DNA of 64,000 nucleotides, taken from the NCBI RefSeq assembly GCF_030684315.1, contig NC_081366.1, positions 18,047,410 through 18,111,409 of the forward strand, read 5' to 3'. The notes under the pieces were generated by a model. That model ran no database searches. It was not told where the DNA came from and saw only the letters and a list, made by a program, of their open reading frames with translations. Every line of letters starts with the position of its first letter. The first letter of the stretch is position 1. Positions 63,606 to 64,000 of the stretch are shown piece after piece. Both the position numbers and the translations under genes were made by a program. This DNA comes from Stegostoma tigrinum. Its lineage: Eukaryota.

Positions 63606-64000
63606 AATGAAATGTTAGTCAAGTGAATGAAGTAGGTTGGGGGATGCTAGCATAGACCAAATGGCGTGTTTCTGGGTATTCTGTTTTTAGTGCTTCTTTT
63701 TCTAACACAGCATAGCTGACTTATTATTTTGATTTCAATTTGAATAACCTGATAATTTAGAAGACTCTTTTATGTAGGGTTTGATGTGGGAGAGCTTCTA
63801 AAAGTTAATTCTGATCAAATTTTTAATATCTCTGCATCATAACTTCAAGGTTATAGATTTATGAATTTTAGTATCCCAGTCATTAATAACTTGATACCTT
63901 TCATGTATGTCATCATTCATAATACGGTTCTGACTCAGGACAGGAGAAACAGAAATTCTGTTAGATTTTGTTTTGCACAACTTTGAGAAATAAGTTACGT

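Noticed and set aside
63680-63810. Possible SPCS3-like exon 2 after the acceptor-like sites ctaacacag and tatgtag
   Set aside because: Stops occur in the required phase and there is no similarity to the expected KNVEDF..DLG segment; exon 2 probably lies beyond the window.

Overview
Vertebrate genomic DNA, most likely a shark or other cartilaginous fish (inferred from HE1/V-SINE-type and SacSINE1-type SINEs and abundant CR1 and Penelope-like elements). I traced four spliced genes by hand using GT-AG junctions and frame continuity. (1) LARS1, minus strand: coding exons 1-23, 39856 down to 582, 2402 nt; the 3' part lies off the left edge. (2) NUDCD2, plus strand: complete, 4 coding exons, 157 aa, head-to-head with LARS1 across a CpG island with two divergent ZNF143/Staf-type motifs. 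(3) SRA1, plus strand: complete, 5 exons, 211 aa. (4) Exon 1 of a divergent SPCS3-like gene (58619-58761), which the ORF track misses. Most remaining ORF-track entries are repeat-derived or spurious. The main non-genic signal is a set of Neptune-type Penelope-like elements (PLEs) with minimal hammerhead ribozyme motifs. These include two ~2 kb inverted-repeat insertions with TSDs in one LARS1 intron and several 100-230 bp palindromic, TSD-flanked non-autonomous derivatives. Hammerhead-like motifs occur in four distinct sequence families. Repeat boundaries are approximate, and protein and family identities come from recall, not database searches.
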